From: Lepidodermella squamata
Lineage: Eukaryota; Animalia; Gastrotricha
Reading direction: 5' to 3'
Assembly (NCBI GenBank): GCA_047495785.1
Contig: JBLDXI010000046.1
Coordinates: forward strand, 372,001 to 436,000
DNA length: 64,000 nt
Shown here: in pieces, positions 26,298 through 39,557 of the stretch
Layout: each line of letters starts with the position of its first letter
Numbering within the stretch: position 1 is the first letter of the stretch
Position numbers and translations under genes: made by a program
Notes under the pieces: generated by a model
Seen by the model: the letters and a program-made list of their open reading frames with translations, nothing else
What the model was told of the DNA's origin: nothing
Database searches by the model: none

Positions 26298-26595
26298 TTC
26301 CTTCTAGGTTATAAGAACTATAATCAAATTAGAAAAATCCTCCTTAATGATGCGCGCACACTTAAAATATTAGTGCGCACTTAATTACGCGCGCACTTTT
26401 TGCGCGCACAAGTGTTAAAAGGTCAATTATAGCAATAAGGTCATCGCTAATCATAAAGTTTCAAGTCCTGAAAATTTATTTGACGTGAAGTATTGGGTAA
26501 TGTTAGCTCATTGTTTCCATATAAGTATGTTTAAGGTGGGCTAACAAATGCGTTGATTTTTTGAGGGAAAAAGCGAGATGAAACGCTAGCCGAGC

Positions 26596-26603
26596 TTTAT
26601 ATA
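26596..26603 (-). promoter_or_regulatory. Candidate TATA box of the myosin gene
   Basis: TATATAAA on the minus strand, a TCA-type initiator candidate near 26580, a possible donor (gttagc) near 26545, and an acceptor cctag 6 nt before the ATG, suggesting a non-coding first exon. Confidence 0.5.
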
Positions 26604-27990
26604 CTCAAGTACCGGTGTTTTAGGCAGAAAGGCCGAGAAAAATGGCCGCGTTGAAGGGTACGCGCGCTTTTCGCATATATATCAGTCACGCTGTGCGCGT
26701 TGCTTGATAGGCACGCGCAACTGTTACGTTCGCGCACGCGCGAATTGATGTTCTGATGTTCTTGTTCTTGTGCGTGTTTTTGTGTGCTCGCGCGCGCAAG
26801 AGGCCCAATTTATTACGATCGCACGGCTATTTTGTAGGTGCGCATCATGTTATATGTTGTTCTCGCTCGTTTGATTTTTTGTTATACGATCCATCCTCGC
26901 TCACATGCGCTGAAAACACTGCTATAGCCATCGATATATAACAAAAAAAACAAGAATAATAACCGCGAATTATATTGGCAACAATCAACCGACCGGCGGC
27001 TCTCTCAAATCACAGCAGGTCCATTTTTTTCGTTATATTGTGCTGCTGCTGCAACTCGAAGCTCTTGTCAGGTCTTTCTCAGCTAGCTGAATGCTGAAAC
27101 TATGATCTTGGCCTGTTTGTAATCTTATGATATACCTAACCGCTAGATTGATGGCCATAGATCATATTCGGCAGCAAGCGTTCGAGGAATGGTACTGGGT
27201 AATTCAAACGCGGATGCCTCGATCCTTGGCAGGTTCTTTCTAGATTAACACGAAAAAACGCGTGAGATAAATCTCTCTCATGAAACTGGTATGATGGGAC
27301 TGCAATAAGAAAAACAAAGTTTATGACTTATTATCAGGGTCGTCCTCATGATCGCACTGCAAAAAACTGTATTCGATTATTGACTTGCTTGAGGATTTTT
27401 AAAACGGCGAAAATCAAGAGAGCATCCACTCGAAATCACATCAATAATCATTAATTCAAATCAGCAAGGCTGAAGAATTGGCAAAACGTTTATTGGTTTT
27501 CATTAGCTGCCCTTTGCTTCGCTGAGGAAAAGAAGCAAGCAAAAATTTGCTGGACGGAATTACAATGTCTCATAGAAGTGACCCAAACACGAAAAGGGAA
27601 AGAACCAGAAATGGAAAGCGACACCTTAACACTAGAATGAAGAATGAAATTAGGATGGCAATTAGCTATGAAAATCTATCACAAAAAATGCAAAACCCAC
27701 AACCGGGTAAACTACCAATAATTACCTAATTCCAAAATACCGCAATTTTATTATGGATTTCTTGGGATTATCCGATAAATTTCGGTAGAGTTGGGCGTAA
27801 TGAACCCTTCGTCGGTTTAAGATTTGAAAAAGGTTCAAGAAAACGGTTGTCCTAATTATGGGACATGCTTCAATGCCAAAAGCTAGCCATATAAGTATGG
27901 CGTTTGGTAAAAATCGGAAGACGAAATAGACGAACTCAAAAACTTGCTGAAATGCTACGCAAGCTGTTCACTATTCATTGTACGATAGGA

Positions 27991-30900
27991 TTAATCGCCT
28001 TTGGCTACAAGTTCCAGCCTATGCTTTAAGTCAGAAAAAGTCGGTCTTTCATCGATATTCGAAGCCCAGCATGGCACCATCACCATTTCATACCTAGCAA
28101 AGTGACAGTAGCTTATAAGTATAGCCATTGTAAGGGTGACTTACAAATTTTCAGGGCAAATTGGAGGGCGATCGAGCCGATAACCATCCATGACTCTCAT
28201 CGCGACATCAGCATTTGACAATTCCTTGTAAGGGATGTACTGGCAGTCTGGAAGATGCAAAATTATAGATTGATTGATCCTGGAGGATGCTTCAGGGCCA
28301 CTCTAAATCAACCAATCAACTTACATGTGAAAATTTCCCACAATACCACTCCAAAAGACCACACGTCACTTTTCCTCAGGAAAACATGGAGCCGGATGGA
28401 TTCAGGCGGGTGCCAGCGAACAGGAATAATCCGATTAGAAGAGCACCGGTAGTACAGCTCGTTTTCGTCAATAGTCCTCGACATTCCAAAGTCGGAGATT
28501 TTCAAAACCTCCCCCGACGAGACAAGGACGTTGCGACATGCCAGATCTCGGTGCAGACAGTTACGTTCGGATAAATAAGCCATGCCGCTGCAAATCTGTT
28601 GACAGTACCCGAACAGCTCTTCGACATTCTTCGGATAGACACTTTTTCGGAGGAAAGAATGCAAATCACCTCGTTCCATAAAGGGCGTGATTATTCCAAC
28701 TTCCTCGCCGTAGAATGACACCCCGCAAAGCTCGAGGACGTTCTCGTGAATGAAATCTCTCATTAACAAGGCCTCCTTAAAAAACTGGGTCAATTCGCGT
28801 TCCGAAGATGGCATGACAATCTTGAAGCCGACCAGCTCATCATTTGTCCCGTTTTCAGAGGTAAGCACAGCTCGATAGACACATCCGAACTGACCATGGC
28901 CGCATTTATCCAGCAACTTGAGATTGGTAGATTTCACAATCACGCTTTCGATTTCTGTCAGCAAATCGCCGGAGCATTGGTACATTAGTTTGTTAAGATC
29001 TTTCGTTTTCCCAGTATCCTCTGAACTTTTCCCGCCATCTTTTTTGGCTTTTCTGTACTTTCGTATAAAGTATAATGAAGCAGCTATAGCTAGCACGGTT
29101 AAGGCGATGAGTCCTCCAATAATGCCGTAAATATAATCTGAAGAGAAGAAATACTTTGCAAGTGATTAAATAGTTAACGAATTTTACCTGGAAGATTCTG
29201 ACTTTCTGCCTTATCTCGTTGTAAGCTGGTAGTTTCCAGGAACTCAGGGTTATTTTGAGCAGTTGTTGTATTAGTTGTATTAGCAATAGTTGCTGTTGTT
29301 TCAGGCTTGATAATGGCGGATCTTTCATTAGAAAAACACGCTTCAGAGTGAAAATCCCATTCATGGGGATAGTCTATACAAGTCATGGCCTTTTTGAGCC
29401 ATTTCATTCGAGGGAGGAGGCTCATAAACCGGGCCGGCTCGTCAGATAGGCAGCTACTGGTTTGGTAGCTATGTGAGAAAATGCCGATCGGAACCACTGT
29501 TTCGCCGGTTTTCTTAACTGCATCCGCAGCACTCTTTACGAAGAGTATGGAACCATCAGCCATGTCGCATTTCGGATATTTCGAAGTCGGGTTGAAGCAA
29601 AACGTTTTGTTACCGCAGACGGATACGTTACCAGTAACGTAATAGGTGTAGATATTCGTACTCGAGGAATTGTACGCCGTCCTGCGGTCAAGCATGGCAT
29701 ACGCTGGTAGACCCCACAATATCATCTGAAAATAATAGATCAGATGATTTAATCAGAGAAAAATTGCCCCCAGATAGCATATATATTAGGCTGTTAAAAC
29801 TTGATCGTTTTCATTCTAAAGTATCGCTGATGGAATTAGTGTAAGAATTTTGAACATTTGCCAGTTGTAAAAGCTAAATTGCATTTTTCATTTCCAGATA
29901 CATCATATCAATCATATGTAATATCAAAAATGGGGTTTTTGAGAATGAATGATTAGAATCTTGTTTCTTTTTTATCATTACTTAGGGCAAAATGACAATT
30001 CGGGCGAAACTTGATGTCGTTAGCATCGTTGAATAACTCTGATTTATGCTTGTTTACATCCGTTTCAAAATTACAACTTTCAAGTAAAAAGCGGCTTTTT
30101 GAACGTGAATGTAGAGGCAAAAACAAAGACTTTTTACTTGTCACCTCTCGCCTTGAAAAGGATGTAAATAAGCCTAAATCCGAGTTATTCAACGCCGCTA
30201 ACGATGTCTTCGCTTGATGGCTCCTATTCTACAACGCCAAACTTTGAAATAATTAGATTTGAAAGAAACCAAACTGCCTGATAACTTTCAACATCCGGAG
30301 CATACATGACGGTTAAGCTTAGAAACTATCGATTCTCTAATGTATGTTAGAGCACCGAGATTTGATTCTAATAGGGAAAACGCGTAATTAGAAAAAAACC
30401 CGCGATAACTCTCTGCTCTTAAAACTTCTTAAAACTTTCACCTGCAGATGGATCTCACTGAGATGTGAATTATGCATAATATCTTTTAGCGGAACCAAAT
30501 ATGCTGCAGCGGAACCAAATTTGCATTTTGCGGAACCACTGTTGAAAGATGCCAATCATTTTTGAATAATTCTACCAGTTTAAAGCGAAGCATGTGTTCT
30601 GAATTGAACACTCTGTCTTATAGAGATTCTTACGCTGAATTCATGAGCTAATGATTTTTTCCGAATAATCTTGACCTGCAAGAAATATCCGAAAAGTGAT
30701 TTCGTGCCACTAGAAAATTCCAAACTTTGGTTCCGCTACGGCAAATTAGGTTCCGCTCACCGTAAATTTTGCTCAGGTAAAAGGAAATCAATTTTTGAAA
30801 TCAACCGTCCCGGCACGCCCCGGCGCGGATAGTTATCGTGAAAATTAAGAGAAAAAATGACCTTTTTTCAATGCATTGGTCTAGCCACATGTTGCTTTAA

Positions 30901-33296
30901 ATAAAGCTGAGATTTGTTTCACATCTCAACCTTTATCTATGATCAGGAATTTCGGGTTAATACTCACCCTCAGCTAACAGTTGCGTATAAAACACACTGT
31001 AATATGTAGCAAACATCTTCGAAAACAGAGAACTTATGTTTTGGACGATGAGGCCGGGTCTTAATTGTCTCAGCTTTTTGAAACCACTGGCACCTGAAAA
31101 CTTAAATTTACCTGGCTATCGGATAATAAATTGACAGGGTGTTCGGCAGATGATGTGAATATCTGCTCACGAGTTCGAAGTACAGTAACGACGCCGTCTG
31201 TTAAGGCCTTTGTTACGGTCAGATTCCGAGCATTAAAGTTGATGATGGTGTCATTTCCTTCTGGGGCACATTCCCGCAGGGTAACCAACATGTAAAAATC
31301 GACAAAGGTCGCTAGGCATGGTTTGTCAAGTGCGGCGTGTGCAATGCGCCTTTCAAAATAGAACTGGACAGCGGTAAGTCTTGGCCCATTAGTTGCAAGA
31401 GATGACAACCTATTCTCACACTGTGAAGGAATTGATGATCGGTGAAGGTAGCAGCATGCCATTTGCAGCTGTGCCAAGTCACTCGAGGATAAAACCGACC
31501 GATAAGCAGCTATGCAGGAGTAGATATCTAGCTGAATGGCCCGGCCATCCAAACCTTTGCTGCCGAATTCGATATTCGTAAAATTTTTGTTCGATGCAAA
31601 TATCGACGATTCATTAAATTGGTAGTAGACGCCATGTCGGTTGTGAATCGAAAAGCGACCTTCTTTTGTTATCATGAACACAATGAAAGACCACTGCTGA
31701 ACTGGCAGGAAACCGGGTAGGTAAATTTGCCATTTATCTTCGACAGTCACCTCTAAACTGCCGTTATATTGCTGCCGATAACTAGCGACTAGATTTGGTG
31801 CTGAGATGCTCATAATGACCTTTTCCTCGCCAGTCGGTTTGAAGTAAAATGCTATTGTGAATTCGGTTAGATTTGAGAACTTTCCATGGATATCGTGAAT
31901 TCTGAGCAAAAAATTAGATCCTCCATGCGCCGATAATGGGTTATTGAAAGGACCATCATGCCATATCAGAGTCGCTATCTTACGCAAATCATAGACCATG
32001 AACCATGGGCCTAAATCGCGAAAATCGTATTCCCAAGCTACTGGGATGATCATCAATATCGCAAATGGTCTCGGCCACGGAACAGCTTGAAAAATTCGAC
32101 AATATAAAATGATGAAAATGAGCTTTTCCAACATACCATGACTTATCGAAGTGATGGTCAAATGATGGGGACGTGTGGCTCTATTGATGGTTTCAAGTAG
32201 TAAATCCTCTTCGGCCCACATACTTATGCGCTCTAGAATCGCAGCATGGAATCTGCCTGTACCATCCTCCCTGAAAGAATCTCTCACTTCTAATGCAGAT
32301 TTAGGAAGAAAATCTTACGAAGTGTTCACACTGACGACTCTCAATCCAGAATTTCGAAGTAGACTGCTTATCTGAAGACAACAATATCCATGTATCTACT
32401 AAAATAGTCTGATAAGTACTTCATCGCTCGCTGCTGAAGTTGAATCGGAATTGCCATAAATACCGACTGGTAACAAGGTAGATGATGTAATAAGACAAAT
32501 TCTTCTAAACCTCGGGACTCACTCATCTGCCCAGCCGCATATATTTCGCTGCGATTTTTGGTGAATGCCACGATTTCTTCCAGCCGCTCGATGCCGAGAG
32601 CTTCCTCAAAAATCATGAAGTTAGCGAACATCGCCGTGTCTGAGGCGTCGGGACATATGACAAAATCAAACGGTGGTAAAGGAGGTGCCAGAAAGATCTT
32701 TTTCGTGAAGTTTGTTTCAGCGAGACTTGGGTCGAGGTCGTAACCTGGGGCTTGCGATACATGCATGGTGACATTTGTGAAGTTATTTCGAAAAATGATG
32801 GCGACAAACGTCCAAGTGGCTAGTGGGATTTCGACCGATGTCATTGATAAAGCCGTCCAATCTGGTATATTCCCAACCCTACTTTTGATTTGCAGGCGAA
32901 TTTCCGCTCGATTTCGCGAACTCTTTCGTACAGCTTCTACAACCATGTACCATTCATTTCCTTCCGTCCTTACTTTGTAAAGTTCAGAATTGGTATTGAT
33001 TTCAGAATTGAAGAAAAAACAGTGTGTGAAATCCATCGACAGAGGTCGATTGATTCTGTATCGAGCCACGGCTTCATATTTGTCATCTATTAGTTGATAG
33101 GCCGTGTTGGGATAGCCGAACGGCCCTGGGCGCCAACTAAGCGGTCCGCTCGACCGATAAACCAATTTCGCCCCGCGAGGTATCAAGTTCTTCAGGCCAT
33201 CTCGTGCATCCATCGACACGAAAAGGCTTGCGGTAGTAAGATTCAATGACGCGATGTGAGGTAGCCAGCTGAACCCGAGAAATGACAAAAAATCAT
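27991..33296 (-). CDS. RTK-B1: LamG - reduced SEA-like - LamG - inactive trypsin-like domain - Thr-rich stalk - TM - tyrosine kinase; 1-nt frameshift just after the ATG as assembled
   Basis: Exons 33296-32523, three short exons at about 32467-32136, then 32085-31112, 29725-29188, 29137-28325, 28247-28145 and 28093-27991. TM is IYGIIGGLIALTVLAIAASLYFI. Kinase motifs: GHGQFG, VGFK, HRDLACRN, DFG, LYY, PVRWHPPES, SDVWSFG. Confidence 0.88.
30013..30209. mobile_element. MITE in an RTK-B1 intron, absent from the homologous B2 intron
   Basis: About 55-bp imperfect inverted arms (tcgttagc..cgttgaataactc.gattta.gctt.tttacatcc.tttcaa). B2 shows the empty site gggcgaaactttatggcttgatggctcc near 45745. 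Confidence 0.8.
30488..30762. mobile_element. Degenerate MITE with gcggaacc subrepeats
   Basis: Three gcggaacca copies at the left end and two inverted ggttccgct copies at the right end. Confidence 0.55.
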
Positions 33297-33385
33297 TGTC
33301 TAAAACTGTCTAAAAATAAAACTTTCATTAGAACGGGATTTTTATTAACAAAACCAGATGGCTTGCTTTTGATCGAATTTCTTTA

Positions 33386-36300
33386 TTAAACAGCTGTCAT
33401 CTGTTCAATTCGAGTTAATAAATCACTGAAATTAGGTCTGGTCTCAGGGTCATGAGACCAGCACCGTTCGACAACATCTGTGAATCTGAATAATAACATT
33501 TTACATTATGCTCTTCGATTATTACCGGAGCTCACGTTTTTGCCGGGCAGCGGATAGGTCGATTGAGGCGGAGGCCGCTGCAAACTTTGACTATGACGTC
33601 TGAGTTCTCCTTCAGGTCGTTGTAGGGTGACTCTTGGCATCCTAAAACATATAATCACAGAGTGTAGAAAAAAATCAGTGAAATCTGTAGAATGACAAAT
33701 AAATAATAAGAGTGTCGACCCAGTAAGATATTTTATAATACCAAAACCAGAACCAAAAAAGCGCTTTTACCAGAAAATATTTCCCACATGACGACTCCAA
33801 AAGACCAAACATCCGCTGAGGTGGAAAATTCGTTTCGTTCGAACGATTCGGGTGGATGCCACCTGACTGGGATAGGTTTACTAGACCCATCGTAGATGGA
33901 TGAGAAATTTTCATCTTGCGATGCTAGAATCCTGGCCAGTCCAAAGTCGGAGATTTTAAGTATTTCCTCGCTTGAAACAAGGACATTGCGACAGGCAAGG
34001 TCACGATGAACGCAATTCTTCTGAGATAAATACACCATTCCACAACAGATCTGACGGCTGAAATCCATCAGTTTGAAAACATCGACGTCATCGATCGCTT
34101 TGAGATATGATGTTAGAGCTCCATTCTTCATGAACGGGACAATTAAATTCGGCTCACCTCGCGACAGTATCGTCCCAATCAGTTTAAGAACATTTTCATG
34201 GTCAAATTTACTCATTACCGAAATTTCGTGAACTAGAGCTGTTGCTTCACATCGATCTGTTTTGATAGTTTTGATAGCTACTGATAGTTCCGGCTTGTCT
34301 GGTTGTTTCATAGTTCCGTGCCAAACTTTGCTGAAATAGCCCTCACTAATGACCGATCCTTGTTCCAGCCAGGAGTCTTGAAGTTCGAGCGATAGCAGTA
34401 GATTGAGATCGTTATTATCCAAGTCCATTCGCTGCACCATATCTCGAAAGTCTATTGCATCGATGTATTTCGAACATTTTTGCTGGTGAGGCATCCTTGC
34501 AACAGCAGCCTTTCTTCGATGATACAGCCAGACACCCAAAACCGCGAACAAAGTGGCGACACAAAGCGCCACAGCTAACAGAATTATCGCCAAGTCTGAT
34601 ATTCCATCTGAAAATACGAAAAACTTGTTAGAAATTCCATTTGACAATAAGACTGGTTTTAGAGGTAAAAAGACCGATTTGGCGGAAAGAAACCGCATTT
34701 TGATGGCAATTTCTGAATATTCGTATTTGGTGGCGGAAGCCCAGAAATCACTCATTTCTCCCTAAAAAAGCTTTAGATCTGGAAGCTGGGATGATACCTG
34801 AATCAGCCGAAACTTCAAATCTCGTTTGGTTGGAAAGATACGTATCTGTTGAAGTCAATCCAACGGTCGCTTTGCCATCATCTGGAGTGTATACCAATCT
34901 CTTAACGCATGAATCCCATTGTAGAAGCGCTTTAGCCGGCAAACAAGCTCGTTGATCCAGGATCCAATTGGAATACGCCAGTAAATTCACAAATAGTATA
35001 ACGTTCGCCGTAGCCCGCCTCTTGTTTTTCCTTGAGTAAACTCCAATCTTGAGAATTGAAATCGTAAAACCGTTGGCCACTCTCTAGCGACTTTTTACCT
35101 GGATTAATCTGGGCCCTATAAGGGTTGCAGGGTTGAAAGGCTCGAAAAGAACCAGTGCTGCACCTTCAACTAAATTCATTTCTCTGACATCGCTTTCAGA
35201 ATTGGCGACAAAACATAGCAGAGAATGATCTCGCCCTCCAAGAGCTAAATCGCAAGCCTCTGAAGTCATTAGTCGACCTAAAATGTAATAATACGTCTTG
35301 CCACTCCTGAAGCCATACACTAATGCTGTGCCATTCCAATCTACAACTTGGTGGTAGCCACTGATCAATATTTGAACAGCGAATTTTAGCGAATTCACCG
35401 AAGTGTTCTGGGGCCAAAACGCTATGCCTAAATCCTCGTTTTCAACATGTTGCGTGGAAATGAGAGATTGGACACATTGCGCTGTTGACATGACGACAAA
35501 TCGGCTGATTCTTGAAGTTAAACAATCTCTCCCAATTTGGTCTATAAAAGAGTGGGCAATGTCGAATACCCCGAGGTCTTTATCAGTTGTGACTGACGGA
35601 ATGTCTCGGAAATTGTTTTTACTGCCCGTCGCATCGTGGAAATAACGGCATGCGTCTTGAACTTGAACGAGTTCTTCGAAACTCAACGGAGCTGCGTAAA
35701 GCCCGCAGCAAGAAATGTAACCGGTGGTACTTATGGCATCTGTTCCGATTCGTAGGCCTTCAATAGCTTCTCCGAGAGTAAAATCTGAGTCTCCCGTGAT
35801 TTCCATGGCCATACTATCTTCGAGGGACACAGAAAGCTTCGCACCCTGGAAAATCAATGCTATGAACTGCCAAGTGTTGGGAACTATCAGCCCGGCTAAG
35901 ATCAACGGGGAGGATCTGTTGTTGAAGTCTATCATGAGATCGCCTTTCGCTGCTATAATACTGACGTTGCAAGGGCTAAATTGCAGGATTTGCTGCGTTG
36001 TTAGATCTATGAACAAGTAGAAGAACACTGTGATAGAATTTGCTTCGAACATGTTCGGAAAATCGATAAAAATTTGATGCGAGAGTGGAGTGCTTGTTTG
36101 CAGGTCGTAGAAAGGTCCAGTTTCAAAGCTGTGATAAGGAATTCGTTTGCGATTGATCGCCGGCCCGTGAAGTCTGTTCGGCCCGACGTCAGACCACTGA
36201 CGATTTTCAGTCAACGGCCAAAGACCAATGAGTGCGAAGGTCCTCGGCCAAACAACTCCTTAAAATGATATCAAGTATCAACAAATAAATTGTTCCTCAA

Positions 36301-39300
36301 CTGCGTTCACCAGGGTTAATTAATATGATCAGGGTAGAGTCTCCTACCATGAGGGCCGTGCCCTTTTGATGCATAACTTCATTTTTCCTGCCCCAATATG
36401 CATAACTCACGATTTAGACCTGAAAATAACTGAACAGGGTAAATCGACCACGTAGATCACGATTCTGATGTCAGAATGCAGTATAAATGTACGGAAACCC
36501 TGTATTAGATCAAATCGCCCAAAACGGGACATCGATAGACACAATAACTACCGATGAGGCTCCATTGGCAACGAAATAGAAAATGTTGCGCTTTAAATTT
36601 ATAAAGTGGTTTTAACTTAGAGGTCACTAATTATTCATTAGTGTTTGGCCATGCCAAGTTATTAGTGGGTAATAAATTATTCATCCAGATTTTAAGATAG
36701 GACGGATTAATTGCAGCTGAAACACGCATTTTTCGACGTTAATTTCAAACTTCCCCGAAAAGAATATGACTTGACCTAGTTTCCAGGGACTAGTTTCGCA
36801 AATCTACAAGCTCCCACCCCTCACTCAACTCACCTCCGTTAGCCGTTAGCCATCAGCTATGTCTGCCTTCTAATCCTTTTCTATTCTAGTTAGTTGAGGT
36901 GAGAAGGTCGATTACAAATCAAGTTTAAAACCCTAAGGCCTATTGATTCATTTGCTTCAACCTAAAGTTTAGCGTGACGGCCTCTGTACTGCTTCCTTGT
37001 TTAAAGTTACGACGTTAAAACTCTCGATCATCAGCCTCTAGGCTAGAATGGCTAATGCCACGAGCCTCGTAAGCGTGACACCAAAGCTAAATGGCTCTAA
37101 CGTCAGTGGAGTATTTGGCGAAAACCCCGATCATCTTAAAAGGTTACTACTTAGTCGAATGGTTGTCGAAATTTTGATTATTTCCAGCTTTAAATTTTGA
37201 ATCAATGAGAATTTTTGGAATTAGAAGCTGTGATTGCGTGAAAAAAAGTAAAAATAATTCAATTTGAAATTTGTCGGTCCTTTAGTGGTTTTAAGTGCAT
37301 TCTGACATCAGAATCGTGATCTACGTGGTCGATTTATCCTATTCAGTTATTTTCAGGTCAAAGTCGCGAGTTATGCATATTGGGGCAGGAAAAAAGTAAG
37401 TTATGCATTACAAGGGCACGGCCCCAATGGTGCATAATCGTGGCTCACTTCGGCTGATCAACAATGGCTCATTGGCCATGTGTTGCATAAACGTGTGCTT
37501 TTGCGGGGTGATTATGGGGATTCAAATTTGTGAATCTTGAAGCCCTGGTTTATGGGTTTTATGGGTCTAATATTTCTTCGATAATTTATCAACCACTATT
37601 ATATTATGCTCACCCATTGAAACCTTTGAAACGGCGATTCCGCTCATTATGTCTTGCATGCTCGAAACTTGTTCCATCTCCGTGGTATTCGTAAGCTCAA
37701 AATGACGCCGTAACGTAATGAAAAGCTTGGCAATCATTTCGCTGCAATACATTCAAACTTTACTTGAAGCAGTGCAACATGGCAGTATCTCACTTTTCGG
37801 ACTTATCAAACGCCGTAACAACCAGACCATGTAGTGATACATTTTTGGCGATTTCGAAATTAGAAATGATCTGAAAAGCGGAAGATTTAAGCTGGAAGAG
37901 GTTCACCCTAAACTAACCTGTTCTTCAACTGCGCGTTTCAACCTAATTGTCGTGTCGCTCAACGGGTTGGAATATTCTGGGATCCATGTATGATTCGCCA
38001 GCTTTATCAAGCCGATGACTGACCCTGTATCATATTCTAGAATGTAAACTCAAGCAGAGTGGTATATTGACATAGTTGGTTCGGAATTACCTAACTTTGA
38101 GTTGAAACAACTCCTTACATTGTTTTAACCTCCCTGCTATCATCTAATTTATTACAAGGTTCGTTCGGAGTACTGCTGAAAACACAGCACTGAAACCCCC
38201 GAGAACCCTAAACTATTCGAAATAAAATCGCACCAGTAAATACACTGTCTTAGTGGAATCAACGAGTCCACAAAATCGCTATCGGCTGGACCAAAATTTG
38301 TTGAAGGGCGAGATTGGTTAAATGTTCCAGCATTTTAGTGTGTTATTTCTTGAACAGAAAGAAATTCCTGAATTTCCGGGTTCGATTCGCGGTGGCCAAA
38401 AATACCTGGGATTTTTTATTACTTTTCTAGAAATAACTAAAATTTCAAGATGCTGGAAAATCAAACCAATCGCGTCCTTCAACAAATTTTAGTCCAGTCA
38501 ATAAAGATTTTGTGGATTAGCTGGTTCCACTAAGGTGTTATAATAAATCACTAACATTATCAAAATAAGCATCTCGACAATGTTGGGGCGGCCACAAATT
38601 TTTTTTAAATATTCTACCTATAGTTTGCGCATTGGGGTTGGGGCCTGTAAATACCTGACAGTGATCTGAAATTGAGCTTTTATACATTAAACTAACAAGG
38701 TTGGTTGAATCGCAATCTGAAAAGTCTGGTTAAAGATGGGCTGAAACCGGTTGTAACCTAACAACACGCTGAATTGACTTACATATTTGGTTGGCAGATA
38801 AATTCATGTGCCGTACTCGCGTGTCATTTATCAAAGACGATAGTTGTTCGTAGCTGAGAACACTCGAGTGCATCATGAAGTTAGAAATAGCTTCTTGGGA
38901 GGTCACTGTTGCTTTAAGCTTTCTGTCGTCGAACCAAAGTCTCGCCGCGCCAATGTCGAGCCGCTTGGAATCGTCGAGTTGCACAGTTTCGCGGATGCTT
39001 TCCGATATCTTTTCGACGTAGTAATCGGGACCTTTTGCTACATACAGCGTAGTTTTATTCTCTTCGCGGTCGTAAGTAATCGCGATGAAATGCCACTTGT
39101 TAAAATCGATAATTTTAACGTTAAAAATCGTTTTCATTGAGTTTGGCTCAGTGCCAAATCCAAGCCGTAGCAAATCGGGTGGGCTGAAGACTGCCATATA
39201 GCCACCTTTTTTACGGAAAACAAAGTCAAACAACCCGACGCTTGCTGATCGTGAAGCGGAGAAGAAGAAGAAAGAAATAGTAAAATCGCCGAGCAGGTCT

Positions 39301-39557
39301 TGTTCCAGATCATAAGCTTGCAAAATAAATACATTGATGTGTATATGCGCCTTGACGGTATGCGATGCGTTATAGTGTCCATAGGGACCTGTTAGCATAG
39401 CAGAGGGAATGGTGAGAGCTGAGGATTCTACCAGAGGGTATTCAGTCGGGCTTAGGTCTTCAATGCCAGCTTCTGAATCCAATGCGAAGTGGAAGCGCAT
39501 TGTCGAATGCGAAACTGTGTTGCAATGCATTGATATTAATATTAAGCAGTCCAACAT
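33386..39557 (-). CDS. RTK-A1: LamG - SEA - LamG - inactive trypsin-like domain - TM - tyrosine kinase
   Basis: Exons 39557-38783 (signal + LamG), short stalk exon(s), SEA exons at about 38036-37608, then 36258-35099, about 35047-34798, 34607-33771, 33641-33526 and 33477-33386. TM is LAIILLAVALCVATLFAVLGVWLY. Kinase motifs: VAIK, HRDLACRN, DFG, PVRWHPPES, CWSHDPETRPNF. Confidence 0.88.
36346..37431. mobile_element. Non-autonomous DNA transposon with ~130-bp TIRs in an RTK-A1 intron
   Basis: gggccgtgccctt...gattctgatgtcagaatgca (36353-36480) is inverted at 37296-37424. The equivalent A2 intron near 51720-51766 is under 50 nt. Confidence 0.88.
38249..38534. mobile_element. MITE with ~85-bp imperfect TIRs in an RTK-A1 intron
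   Basis: cttagtggaa...tccacaaaatc...aaaatttgttgaagg...ttccagcat is mirrored by atgctggaa...ccttcaacaaatttt...gattttgtgga...ttccactaag. Confidence 0.8.

Noticed and set aside
13351-26384. Long plus-strand and alternative-frame ORFs over myosin exons (e.g. 25269-26384, 16281-17003, 18195-18872)
   Set aside because: They are shadow ORFs caused by GC3-rich codon usage; they coincide with myosin exons and show no motifs of their own.
28308-29096. Calling RTK-B a MET/RON ortholog
   Set aside because: There is no Sema/PSI/IPT ectodomain or docking tail; the kinase resemblance needs a phylogeny.
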